Part shown: in pieces, positions 53,170-63,593 of the stretch
How positions within the stretch are numbered: position 1 is the stretch's first letter
How the letters are laid out: the number at the start of each line of letters is the position of its first letter
IMG/VR virus record: IMGVR_UViG_3300038424_000251
Coordinates: 186,001-250,000 of that record
Strand: one strand, 5' to 3'
Length of the DNA: 64,000 nt
The notes under the pieces: model-generated
What the model was told of the DNA's origin: nothing
The model's database searches: none
What the model saw: the letters and a program-made list of their open reading frames with translations, nothing else
Program-made: the position numbers and the translations under genes

Positions 53170-54039
53170 TTACGAAAAGTAGCCAGTCTTGACACTTACA
53201 GTTTTGGACCCCATTCGAATAATTTTCTGTTTACCATAACCGCCCATGCCTATATCTATAAGTTTTTTCCACGCTTTGGCAAAGAAACTGCCTTCCGGCT
53301 GTGTTCCGTGAAGTAACAGTGCGAAGTTGCCACCGTTACCGTAAGCGTGGCTATCGTCATGGTCTATTGGTAAACGAAGTTTTTTTGCTTCTTCTAATGA
53401 AGAAACGACTACCGAATAGCGAAGCTTATATTTTTTGATTAAATCATCATGCGTGCCACCATAAGAAGCTGTTAATTTGAAATTTTTCGGTATGGTTTTG
53501 AGTCGTTTAATCCAAAATGGCAACGCCTTTGTGTAAGCGTAGAATAAACGATTTGGATGGCGTCTTGCAATTTCCATCCATGCATCAAAATAAGTTTGAT
53601 TGAAAAAATCTCCCGCAACGTGTGCGCGGGTTGGTCTGCCCCATTTTGCCGGTGGTAACGATGCTTCTATTAATCTAACCACTGCGGACTTACTTTTTCG
53701 GCACGCAGCCAAAAGTAAAAAGAAGTTATGCCACCGTGCAAGTCTGACGTTAGGCCGCAACACTTCATCGATGGCGGTGAAACAACGGTATTTCGTTTCC
53801 GGACCGTCTTGAATAATGTATTTGCGTCTGTCGCCAACATCGTGACGTTTTCGGGGATTATGAATGGCGCAACTCCGGCAATCTTTTGCAAAGGGACAAC
53901 TATGACCTGCCGGAAGTGAAAGAGTGATAACGTCATCCAGTTTTAGATTGCGTTCGCCGAATTTCAGTGTATCTTTGTCTGCATTGAAACCGTTGCGGTT
54001 TAATACTGACTCCATAAATGATTTCATTGATTCAATCAT
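53170..54039 (-). CDS. GP88-family phage protein (radical-SAM-like fold)
   Basis: TLSLPAGHSCPFA, YRCF, RAHVAGDFFNQTYFDAWMEIAR, FYAYTK, SYGG; probable ATG at 54039. Confidence 0.8.
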   Translation of the reverse strand: MIESMKSFMESVLNRNGFNADKDTLKFGERNLKLDDVITLSLPAGHSCPFAKDCRSCAIHNPRKRHDVGDRRKYIIQDGPETKYRCFTAIDEVLRPNVRLARWHNFFLLLAACRKSKSAVVRLIEASLPPAKWGRPTRAHVAGDFFNQTYFDAWMEIARRHPNRLFYAYTKALPFWIKRLKTIPKNFKLTASYGGTHDDLIKKYKLRYSVVVSSLEEAKKLRLPIDHDDSHAYGNGGNFALLLHGTQPEGSFFAKAWKKLIDIGMGGYGKQKIIRMGSKTVSVKTGYFS

Positions 54040-54073
54040 TGTGGATGATAACTTAACAGAATTTTTATAGAAG

Positions 54074-54334
54074 TCAAGCGCTGGAAAGTTGACTATTGAG
54101 TTTTGCAACCAAAGTTCGCTTACGTTTGAATTCTACAAGAATTTGTGACCGAGTGACTTGATAATCTTCCAGTTCACATTTTATTCTCCAGTTAAGTAGA
54201 AATTCCTTTGAAGTAACATACATGCCATTAAATTTAGTCCAGATGCCATAATCTCCATCCTTCAATTCACCGTCATAAATTGAGGAAGTTACATTATCAT
54301 TTTCATCAAAATGATAAATAATTTTACCTGACAT
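54074..54334 (-). CDS. hypothetical protein
   Basis: ORF track; stop overlaps -35 box. Confidence 0.6.
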   Translation of the reverse strand: MSGKIIYHFDENDNVTSSIYDGELKDGDYGIWTKFNGMYVTSKEFLLNWRIKCELEDYQVTRSQILVEFKRKRTLVAKLNSQLSSA

Positions 54335-54371
54335 GCGGATAATTTATCAAAGAAATTGGATTTGTCAAGCG

Positions 54372-54453
54372 TTGATAATTTTATAACGATAAAGTAATTT
54401 AAAGATCCTCCGGTCCCCCACTCTCCGGCGTTTTTCAGCCACATCTTTACTAT
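54372..54453 (-). ncRNA. ORF-less promoter cassette carrying the 42-nt motif (copy 2)
   Basis: Promoter gcttgacatttcttaaaacaatggtaatat (54460-54489); motif 54384-54425. Confidence 0.5.
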
Positions 54454-54483
54454 GGGGAAATATTACCATTGTTTTAAGAAATG

Positions 54484-54690
54484 TCAAGCGTTGCTTCTTG
54501 ACTTTGGTGGAGTGCGGTGCTGGATAATCTGATATGCTTGTTTGCAACGCCACGCAAGAGCTGGGTAATTTATATCTTTGCCCCTATTGCAACGAAAATT
54601 ATCAGCAAGACAAACAAACATTTGTTCCAGTTGGTCTGGTTTAAGTTTGAAAATTTTGCTTAAGAATTCGGAAAATTCTTTTTCATCCAT
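54484..54690 (-). CDS. hypothetical protein
   Basis: ORF track; stop overlaps -35 box. Confidence 0.55.
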   Translation of the reverse strand: MDEKEFSEFLSKIFKLKPDQLEQMFVCLADNFRCNRGKDINYPALAWRCKQAYQIIQHRTPPKSRSNA

Positions 54691-55081
54691 ATACAGTTTT
54701 TATATTATCAGAAGGTTTTAGTTTGGCAAGCACTTCACGAACGGTGGATAATGGTTTAATAATCTTCGGTTTACCACGGGGAGATAAGGAAAATCCCTGA
54801 CTTCGTTTTAAGATTTCAGCACGAGATAAAGAAAGGGTTTCTCTTACAGACCTGTTATGATTACACTCAAAACATGCCAACACTTTGCGTTTTTGACTTC
54901 TCTTTTTTTTCTTTACCCATCGATGGACATTATAACGGGAAACCACATGGTCAATTGTTGCCATGAGTGGGTCAGGCTGCCCCTTTATTGTAGGTTCACA
55001 TATAAGTTTTGTGACTCTTCTGCACCAATGACAACGGGGGTCTTTTTTGTGTAATTCCTCTTTGAGTGTTCGATTACTCAC
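54683..55081 (-). CDS. HNH endonuclease (McrA-type, zinc-binding)
   Basis: CHWC...ATIDHVVSR...VLACFECNHNRS. Confidence 0.8.
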   Translation of the reverse strand: MSNRTLKEELHKKDPRCHWCRRVTKLICEPTIKGQPDPLMATIDHVVSRYNVHRWVKKKKRSQKRKVLACFECNHNRSVRETLSLSRAEILKRSQGFSLSPRGKPKIIKPLSTVREVLAKLKPSDNIKTVYG

Positions 55082-56608
55082 TGATTTTGGAAATCGGTTA
55101 ATTCTTTAACCAAAGTTGATGGGTCAATCCGTTCGATGAAAATTGCTTTTCTTCCTTTATGAGCAACAATACTGAAATTATGAATTCTAACTCTGCGGAG
55201 AAATGATATAGTATCATCAATTGAGCAATAACGAGTGTAAACTTCTGCTGATTTATTCAGAACCAAAATTTCCAATCTGTTCATGATAATAATTATATCG
55301 GATGTTTAGATTTTGTCAAGCTTTATTGGATAAAACCTTCTCTTAATGCTTTGTAGAAGAAACTGGAAACTTGATAAGGTTTGGGTGCTTTACAAGTGTT
55401 GATTAAATTAAGACGAAATTTAACCCATATTCTTTTCAGTATTTTTGGATTTAATTTAATCATACTGTGGTATCTTTCTTTTTGAAAAGAATTTCCATTT
55501 TTTCGTCCCAATCTATTGACCGTTGAGCAACAGGACGGGGAAGGCAAAGGTGCCCTCTTTCGTCTTGATATATTCCGTTGAAGTGATAACCGTCAAGAAT
55601 GGGAACATGAACAACGTGAACAATGTTTTTTAGAACTTTTGTGACGATACAATTTGCGTAACCATCTGCAACTTGGAATTTGATATGGCGTCCGGGGTTT
55701 AGACCGGGACGGTTTGCCATATCTAAAGTTGCCAGTCGATTTTCCAGTAATGTCAATTCTTCACGCCATTTAATTCCATCACCATAAGAAAGTTTACCGT
55801 GAGTTTCAGCATCGGCCACAATTTGTTTAATGGCTTTATCAATTGTTTGTTTTAAACTCATAACGGTAATTTACTAAAATTTTGTAGAAAGTCAAGCGTT
55901 CTCAAAGGTAAAACCGAATTCAGACATCATTCCCGTAATCATGTAGATTTTCACATCGCGGGGAAGTTTTGTGTCTCGAAGAGCCTGAATTGCGTATTTT
56001 TCACCTTCTCGTAATTGATTTGTTCGGTCAACTACTTGCCAAGGGCGAAGGTCACGGCGAAGATTATTGAGAATGTTGGAAACTTTTCGCCACAAAATCT
56101 TATCATCCTTGACTCTAAGGATTAAAAGTTTGTAATGACGAATAGAGCCAAAAGATTCCAAGTTGGTCATACAACTCTATTTTAGTGTTCAAAAGTAATA
56201 CCATCAATTATGGTAGCCACAAGAATTACAACAACTAACGGCCCAACCCATAATGGAAATGTAATACAAAGAAATACAAATCCAACTAATTTTAGAATGT
56301 TCATGGTATTCTTATACCACACTTTTTATAGAAGTCAAGCCTTAGTCCCGGCCCCAAGGAATATCATCGGTTCCAAAAGTATCAGGATTTCGTTTTTTTC
56401 CACCAACTTTGAGGCTGGTTACTTGAACATTGATAGAATTAGGTGAAGTCTCATTTTTATCACCAACGATAGTCAGACCATCAAATCTCTCAGCTATGGT
56501 TTCCATTCCTTGATTGATCAATCCTTTAATTGAATTTTCGTCCAGAAATCCGCTTTTTTCATCGGAATGAACTATAACTTTTAGAGTGACTTCAAAGGTG
56601 TTTATCAT
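55078..56608 (-). other. run of small hypothetical cassettes (55078..55284, 55460..55861, 55892..56170, 56342..56608)
   Basis: ORF track; each with own minus-strand promoter. Confidence 0.6.
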
Positions 56609-56648
56609 GGCGGTAATTTATCAAAGATTTTATAGAAGTCAAGCCTTT

Positions 56649-56795
56649 CTACGAACCACCTTCAAAATTAGGATACTGTCGGGGGTCATCATCAACAAAA
56701 GGTTGAAGTTTCAATTTGTTTGATTTACGAGACTTTTGCTGTTTGGCTTTGCGCCAACGTTCATTCTTACTGTCATGTCTGTAACTTTTACCCAT
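56649..56795 (-). CDS. 48-aa basic peptide MGKSYRHDSKNERWRKAKQQKSRKSNKLKLQPFVDDDPRQYPNFEGGS
   Basis: Read by eye (below track cutoff); ATG 8 nt after structured RNA element. Confidence 0.55.
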   Translation of the reverse strand: MGKSYRHDSKNERWRKAKQQKSRKSNKLKLQPFVDDDPRQYPNFEGGS

Positions 56796-56802
56796 AAATT
56801 GG

Positions 56803-56909
56803 TGGCCAGTCTGGGTCTTCTCCAGTTACCAACGCCTCTTGGTCAATCGTAGTCAAATCCAAGCACTCCCTACGATTTAGTCAGCATCCGCCTTTTACGG
56901 CTCTGGCCA
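56803..56909 (-). ncRNA. candidate five-way-junction structured RNA (107 nt)
   Basis: P1 tggccag/ctggcca; gcc/ggc; aatcgtag/ctacgatt; accaa/ttggt; ctgg/ccag. Confidence 0.55.
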
Positions 56910-56997
56910 TTAAATTGACGGGGTTCCTACTACACGAAGCTTATGGGCCTTCGCCGCCACTCAAACTTTATACTGTTCGGTTACCCCGTTTAAAATC

Positions 56998-57297
56998 TTA
57001 TGACCTGCTTGGCCGCTTTGTTTTAGCAGCTCTTACCACTTCGGACTTTGATGTCCGCCTTGGTGACGTTTCTTTTTCAGTCACCGTTGCTACTGGTGCT
57101 TGAGCAGGTTGCTTTTCCTTCAATTGTATAAGCCGAGCAAGTTCTCGTTGACTTCCACCACGGTTGGTAACAAGAGTAATTTTGTCTGCTCGTGATAGTC
57201 TGTTATATTTGAGTTGCCGAGTTTCGGCTTCTTCCCGTTTCCGAGCCTTGCGAACATCGGCCTTTTTGTGTGAGTAACCTTTTTCTTTTCTTGCCAT
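56998..57297 (-). CDS. highly basic hypothetical protein
   Basis: ORF track, K/R-rich; own promoter. Confidence 0.65.
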   Translation of the reverse strand: MARKEKGYSHKKADVRKARKREEAETRQLKYNRLSRADKITLVTNRGGSQRELARLIQLKEKQPAQAPVATVTEKETSPRRTSKSEVVRAAKTKRPSRS

Positions 57298-57337
57298 AAT
57301 GATGATATTTTATATCTTTTTATAGAATTGTCAAGCG

Positions 57338-57991
57338 TTAGTTGGTTCTATATGAAAATCTGAAAAATTCAATAGGGGGATAACCGGGTCCAATAGGTGC
57401 GTTTACACTTGCAAGTGGAGTATTATTATGATTACTTGCATAAATAGACCATAATGGATTACCAAGATTGGTTGAAGCCCACAATGTCCACGATGTTGCA
57501 TTTGTTGGTATCCACGGTAATGAAATAGTTAAATTAGTTATTGGATAATTTGTCCATGTATATCCTACTGGTATGTAAAATATATTAGTTCTATGTAAAA
57601 CAGGACTATAATTAGTTTGCCAGTAGCCTACTAAATTTGTTGTTATATTAACTCGAAGATTTGGTGTAGATAACAATTGAAAATCTGTTGAATAATGTAT
57701 TGTTGGTGAAAATGAACCTTCAAGTTTATTTATATCATAAGAACTGATTACAAAATAATAAACTGTTTTTGGTAATAAATTAGAAATTGTTTGGTTTGTT
57801 ATACTTGCGTTACTATTAGTGATAACACTTGTATAAATTCCTAAAATAGTACCGTAATAAACTTTATAACCAGCTACAGCTGGATTTACACTTTTGTTCC
57901 ATCCTACGGTAAGAGTAGCACTTTCAGTGGTTGAAGTTAGAACTATTACTAATGATAGAAGAGTTCCTAAAAATTTTGATAAATGTTTCAT
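57338..57991 (-). CDS. secreted fibronectin type III domain protein
   Basis: Signal peptide; TLTVGWNKS...VAGYKVYYG...TISNLLPKTVYYFVISSYD; C-terminal W.L.ASTNL...W...FFR. Confidence 0.8.
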   Translation of the reverse strand: MKHLSKFLGTLLSLVIVLTSTTESATLTVGWNKSVNPAVAGYKVYYGTILGIYTSVITNSNASITNQTISNLLPKTVYYFVISSYDINKLEGSFSPTIHYSTDFQLLSTPNLRVNITTNLVGYWQTNYSPVLHRTNIFYIPVGYTWTNYPITNLTISLPWIPTNATSWTLWASTNLGNPLWSIYASNHNNTPLASVNAPIGPGYPPIEFFRFSYRTN

Positions 57992-58025
57992 GTTGAATGA
58001 TATTTTACACGTTTTTATAAAATTG

Positions 58026-58910
58026 TCAAATGTTTTGAATCACTTCAAATGAAGTTTTTGGAACATCCAATAAAACAGAATCGTTTTCCAGCCAAATGTC
58101 AACGAAACTTCGTCCCTGAGTTTCTTCTATGGAATAAACGTCAATGGTATCATTCGGGTAAAAGGTTTTTTCACCCGGCATATCGTTACCTTCATCATAG
58201 TCAACCGTGGTCAACTTTAAAAATTTCACTTTTTTCATATCATCCATAACTATAGAAGGATATGAAAAAAAGTCAAGCGCTTATTGATGACTTAATTAGG
58301 CTGAAGTTCGTTGAATGGCAACCCTTTAGCTTGTTCCTTGAAATAATCTGGGTTATCTGTAATATTCACGAAAAGTTTCGGGTCAATATTTGATGCGGTT
58401 GCTAACCGTTCACCCGTTTTAGGGTCAATAAGAATTAGCACTTTTGGATTCAATGGTAACGGTGTCATATTTTATATCTTACTGTGGAATTAGAAAAAGT
58501 CAAGCCTTTTGACGAAGAATAAGAATTATGACTACAATACCAAATCCAGCTAAAACAACGGTATAAGGTTCCATATTTTATGTATCACCGTATGTTAATG
58601 ATTCATCATTGCGTTCACGAAGGAATTCTCGATAAGCAGGTAATTTGTTAAGTTCTTCTAATACTTCTACAGAATCAGGAAGTCGTTCCTCTTCTATGTC
58701 AATTTCTTCTGAATCTGATTTCATTATTTATTCCAATAAATTAACTTGGTCAGGGTCACAATCAAAACAATCTCCCTTTTGGTCCTCAACTGTGATTAAA
58801 AGGCCATCGTGACGGATTATTTTCACCGTTCCCAAAAACTCATGCCAATCATCTTCGGCTTTTGGAGTAACCATAACTGCTTCACCAACTTCAAAACGAT
58901 TTTTAATCAT
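58026..58910 (-). other. small hypothetical cassettes (58026..58247, a 58-aa ORF MTPLPLNPK..., a 48-aa acidic ORF MKSDSEE..., 58728..58910)
   Basis: ORF track plus two short ORFs read by eye. Confidence 0.55.
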
Positions 58911-58990
58911 GGCGTTACGTTATCACGATTCTATAAAATGTCAAGCGTTTGGATGCTTGACATTTAAAAAATCTATGGTAAATTGATATT

Positions 58991-59819
58991 GTGAATGTAG
59001 AATTAATGGAACATGAGTTGAATTTACTCAATGGTAAAACCATTGTTATTGTTCGGGATGGATTTGGAACGCAAAGTGATTCATGGGTTGGTCAGTTAAC
59101 GGTATTGCCTGAAAAATATCCTCTTGGTTTTCATTTTCAAAGTACAGATTTTGCAATATATTTCACCGCAGATGATGTTCTTAAACTTGATGACTCAATT
59201 GACAAAATAACTGCAAAAATTATTCGTCTAAAAGGACCAAACGATTATGCCCAAGTCTATCAAATCTCACATTGACCGCCATACCCAAGCTGCATCAGTA
59301 GTAGCTTCTCACAGTTATTTTGTCATTGCTGAGATTTCTAGTAATGAGAACCCCGGTTTACTGGTGGGAACAGAAGTAAGGAAATATAAAGACCCCGAAG
59401 CCGCTCCCAGTCGATTTTGGAATGGATTATATTGGACATCTTTTGTTCTTTGCCCGAATGGTGAAATACGAAAAGTTTGTTGTGATGTTCTGAAACCAAG
59501 GAATACTGATACATACTTTAAACGTCAACAAAAGATTTTTCCTCAAATCGCCGCTTGACATTTTCTAAAAGTTTCGTATATTTAAGCCATTATGAACAAT
59601 ATGGCATTGGAACGAGCCCAGAAATGGTTTACGGAACTTGAAGTCCGAACCGAAGCTCGCCAGAATTGTCTTTTGGTCAATCGTGACGATATCGATAAAC
59701 TATTCGGTATTGGTGTTATTTATGATACTGTTTTGGTGGAACTTAAAACTGGGTTGAATTACAGTCGTTACTATTGGACAAAGAAAGACCGTGAATGGCT
59801 TTATCTTGAAACACTTTAA
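58991..59819 (+). other. three hypothetical ORFs (58991..59275, 59247..59558, 59592..59819)
   Basis: ORF track; promoters at about 58958 and 59555. Confidence 0.6.
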
Positions 59820-60055
59820 TTTTGTGAAAATGGTATTAAAGAAACCTACAAGACCATTCAGAGTAGTATTGAAGTATTGGTTTCCAAGAAGACTTACACT
59901 AGCTTGTAATCCAAGAATTCATGCTTGGCTTTGGTGGAATTTTTAACTCCATTAACCCTATAGTGGGCGGGATAGTACCCCCAGCGGAAAATAAAATTAA
60001 GGACCCCCCGCGCTATTTTTCTGCGTTTTGGTGCCGCAAAAGATATTTATGGGGT

Positions 60056-60604
60056 ATGAGGAAAGAGTTAAAAGAAAAACTGAAACAAGACTCAAAACGG
60101 TATAAACACTACAAACAGAAGCGTAAAGAAGCATATAAACGAAAAATAAAAAGAATTAGGAATGACCCTATTCGTTATGAAAAATTAAGAAAAAAATGGA
60201 AGCGCTACTATGAAAAAATTACAGTAATATCAAGAGAAAAGAAAATGGAGAGGCGCAGTAAATCTCCCTATTGGCAAAAGAAGATGGGTTATCAAAGATA
60301 TAAATGTCATACATTTCAACTAATGGCTAGACATACTAACCGATTATGTAAGATTGGTAAGATAACTGCTTTAGACTTATGGAGCCTCGCAAAAAAACAG
60401 GGACTGCGCTGCCCAATTTCTGGAGAAAAATTAACCATTGAAAACATTTCGGTTGACCACATTATACCACGAAGCAAGGGCGGCACCAATATATTAGAAA
60501 ATCTAAGATTGGTGACAAGAGCCGTTAATACAGCAAAACACACTATGTCCGATGCTGAATTTTTCTCATTCTGTCAAAATATAGTCAATCATCATATCGC
60601 ATAA
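60056..60604 (+). CDS. HNH endonuclease (basic N-terminus), paralog of 41250..41702
   Basis: CPISGEKL...SVDHIIPRSKGGTNILENLRL...VNTAK; probable ATG at 60056. Confidence 0.85.
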   Translation: MRKELKEKLKQDSKRYKHYKQKRKEAYKRKIKRIRNDPIRYEKLRKKWKRYYEKITVISREKKMERRSKSPYWQKKMGYQRYKCHTFQLMARHTNRLCKIGKITALDLWSLAKKQGLRCPISGEKLTIENISVDHIIPRSKGGTNILENLRLVTRAVNTAKHTMSDAEFFSFCQNIVNHHIA

Positions 60605-60675
60605 TATCACCTATTTTTGAGCACACTACTTTACGCTTACCACGAATTTAACATAAAATTCAATTATTGTCAAGC

Positions 60676-60780
60676 GTGACCATTAACGTTAAAGGAATCA
60701 TCGCAGGCTCCGGTCCCCTACCCTTCGCTTTCTTCGCTAGTCTGGCTTTCGGTGTCGCCGCCAACCCATTCCCAATTTCT
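60676..60780 (-). ncRNA. ORF-less promoter cassette carrying the 42-nt motif (copy 3)
   Basis: Promoter gcttgacatttcttaaaacaatggtaaaat (60787-60816); motif 60684-60725. Confidence 0.55.
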
Positions 60781-60868
60781 GAAAACATTTTACCATTGTT
60801 TTAAGAAATGTCAAGCGCCACCGCAACGCTTGACTTTCTAAAAGAAATTGATAAAGTGGTATCACAAT

Positions 60869-61366
60869 ATGAGCAACATTTCAACAAGTTATCTGGATGT
60901 CGCATTGGACCCGAAAAAGTCTCACGCGACAATTGACGGAGTAATCAAATTAATTGAATTGTCTAAAATTGAATTTGATACTATTGTTTTTCGGGGAATG
61001 TCGGGTGCTCTTATGGCTCCGATAGTTGCTCATCAACTTGAAAAATTTGTCACCATTTGCAGAAAACCTTCTGATGATTCTCACGCCGGTTGCGGCCGTC
61101 TCGAAGGCCATGTTGGAATGAAAAAATATATCATTTTTGATGATTTTATTTCTTCCGGCAAAACGATTCAATCAATACTGGATACTATTAAAGACCATTA
61201 TGAATTTGAGAATGAAACCGAACCAAACTGTGTTGGTATATTTCTTTACAGGTCGGAACGGTCTATGCCTTTTTCTGGCAAAAATAATAGAGACGATATA
61301 CCTGTTTTTTCACATACCCTTGGCATGGGAAATAAACCAATATTCACTGGCGTTAAAGAGGCTTGA
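60869..61366 (+). CDS. type I phosphoribosyltransferase-fold protein
   Basis: IVFRGMSGALMAPIVA...ICRK...YIIFDDFISSGKTI PRPP-binding loop. Confidence 0.8.
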   Translation: MSNISTSYLDVALDPKKSHATIDGVIKLIELSKIEFDTIVFRGMSGALMAPIVAHQLEKFVTICRKPSDDSHAGCGRLEGHVGMKKYIIFDDFISSGKTIQSILDTIKDHYEFENETEPNCVGIFLYRSERSMPFSGKNNRDDIPVFSHTLGMGNKPIFTGVKEA

Positions 61367-61396
61367 CAGTTTCAACTTTTTTGGTAAATTATTGTT

Positions 61397-62327
61397 ATGA
61401 AAAATCTTTGTGGTAAGACGCGACCAAAGGACAAACCTTACGAAGTATGGCGTTCATTTGATGGAACATGGACGTGGAATGTTCTGAAAAAATGGCAGGC
61501 AGACGATAACAAACCTTATGCACGGTGGTTTTGTAATGTTGTCACTCCCATTTGTCCCAATGGTGAAATGGGCGACGTTTATGTTGCTGAAATCAAAGCC
61601 AATGCCGTGAAAGTGGCTTGACATTTTATAAACATTGTATAAACTTCAATCACAATATGAAAACACACTTTAAGCTTCCGATAACGAAAATGTGTATTGT
61701 TGTGTGGTATCGCAACAATGTAAAACACGAGCAACTGATTGCTACTCCTGCTAACAATGACCGGCTTGTGAATACTATGCTAATGGACCACAAGGTTGGT
61801 TATTCCGAAATTCGTGCTGTTAAACCCGTTGAAGCACAAGGTTTAATTGGTCAACGTTTCTAATAACAATTAACGTTATGAAAATTGAAATTCCTGACAA
61901 ATTGATTGAACGCATTCAACGTCAAGTTGGAATCAGTGGTTACGATGAACCTACTACGGAAAAAGAATTAACAGATTTTATTGTTTCTTCCGTGGAAGAA
62001 AATTTGACAAGGGATTTTGGCCGTGATGAGTGAAGCTTGACATTTCTCAAAACAAATGTAAACTGATTTTACAATATGAAAAAAGTTTACGTTGTAGCAT
62101 GGGAAAGCAGGGACGGTAACGGGGTTGAATGGTATCATACACCCGAAGCTGCTGACAAAGCTTTTCACGAAGAAAAGAAAAATTGTGAAATTTTCCGCAG
62201 TCGTAATTGGGCAGCTTATCGTTTTGATTTTCCAACAATAATGTCATGTCGCCGGATGATTTCCCATGATGTTGAATGTAACTATCTTAACCATTTGATG
62301 TTACCGACAACGATTAAATACCCCTAA
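61397..62327 (+). other. small hypothetical cassettes (61397..61621, about 61657..61863, 62076..62327)
   Basis: ORF track; each with own promoter. Confidence 0.6.
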
Positions 62328-62372
62328 CAAAGCTTGACATTTGTTAAAACAATTGTATCATGTCATCACAAT

Positions 62373-62810
62373 ATGACAAACACAATTGAATTAAACAAAA
62401 ATTTCTTCTTCGGTGGTAACGCAACTTTCACTGTTGAATCAGACGTGACTCACGCGTGGCGAACGTATAAAATTCGCCGCTTCAAGAAAACCGAACGGTT
62501 TCATAATCCTTCTTATGGTGTCTTTTTGTTGGCCGGTCCTGACAACGAAAATAGTTACGCGTATATCGGAATGGTTGACAAGGCCACCGGTTTCTTCCGC
62601 CTGACATCCAAAAGCAAACGAAATGAAAATTCCTCCGATGTCATTATCTTTAAGTGGGTTATGCAAGGTGTATTTAACGGAATGACGTTAAAAAATGGAA
62701 CGATTCACCATGAAGGGAAATGTGGCTGCTGTGGCCGCACTCTAACAGTCCCGGAATCAATTCGCCGTGGTATCGGACCAGAATGTTGGTCAAGGATTTA
62801 CGGGGCTTGA
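62373..62810 (+). CDS. phage protein with C-terminal DUF6011-type zinc motif
   Basis: CGCCGRTLTVPESIRRGIGPECW; probable ATG at 62373. Confidence 0.75.
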   Translation: MTNTIELNKNFFFGGNATFTVESDVTHAWRTYKIRRFKKTERFHNPSYGVFLLAGPDNENSYAYIGMVDKATGFFRLTSKSKRNENSSDVIIFKWVMQGVFNGMTLKNGTIHHEGKCGCCGRTLTVPESIRRGIGPECWSRIYGA

Positions 62811-62849
62811 CAGAAACAATTTTTTTGGTAAATTGATATTAAATAAAAT

Positions 62850-63249
62850 TATGGGTAAAATCATTGTTACAAATCCGTTTAATCAAATTGACGAAATGTT
62901 TAAGGATTATGTTCGCCCAGCGGAATATAATCAGCCGTTTGATTACTTAATGGCTGTTTGTGGTCGTATTGATTCACCCGGTCCACGGGATGAACGGTGG
63001 GAATACATTCGTGACGCAGGAATGGGATTGATTGAAAGAGTGTTGAAACGTCAACCGATTGGTGCAGGACCACATTATTTTGTTTTTCCTGACCGTTGGA
63101 TGGTACCCGGAGAAGCAATGGAGTTTGAATGTGCATTGCAGGAAAATCCCGACGCGAAAAAGTTCAAACGTGTTTATGTTGTGACGCATCAACCTTATCT
63201 TGTTAGTGGATGTTTACGAGAACAATGTCGAATTGTTCGGAAGGCTTGA
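62850..63249 (+). CDS. hypothetical protein
   Basis: Downstream part of track ORF 62767..63249 (MGKIIVTNP...); stop overlaps -35 box. Confidence 0.6.
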
Positions 63250-63284
63250 CATTTCTAAAAAGAAATATAAACTACCATCACAAT

Positions 63285-63593
63285 ATGATTAACGTCACTC
63301 TTGAAACGCCCGAATTCAAATCATGGATGCAGGGCATCATCGATAAAAACAGGGCCTACATGGCCGCAAGTTTTCCATCATTGGATGTGCCCACAATAAC
63401 GGCTACCGAAGGCAGTCGATATATTCGTGTCATGCGAGACAATTCCGCTCATGCTTTCATTGACCGCACCAACGGCGACGTGCTTAAACCGGCATCATGG
63501 AAAGCACCCGCCAAACACGCAAGAGGCAACATTTTTGATACTTTTAACGGATTGGGCAGCATGGGACCTTATGGACCGGCGTATCTTCGTTGA
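63285..63593 (+). CDS. conserved phage hypothetical protein
   Basis: AHAFIDRTNGDVLKPASWKAPAKHARGNIFD, a motif common in large phages. Confidence 0.7.
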   Translation: MINVTLETPEFKSWMQGIIDKNRAYMAASFPSLDVPTITATEGSRYIRVMRDNSAHAFIDRTNGDVLKPASWKAPAKHARGNIFDTFNGLGSMGPYGPAYLR

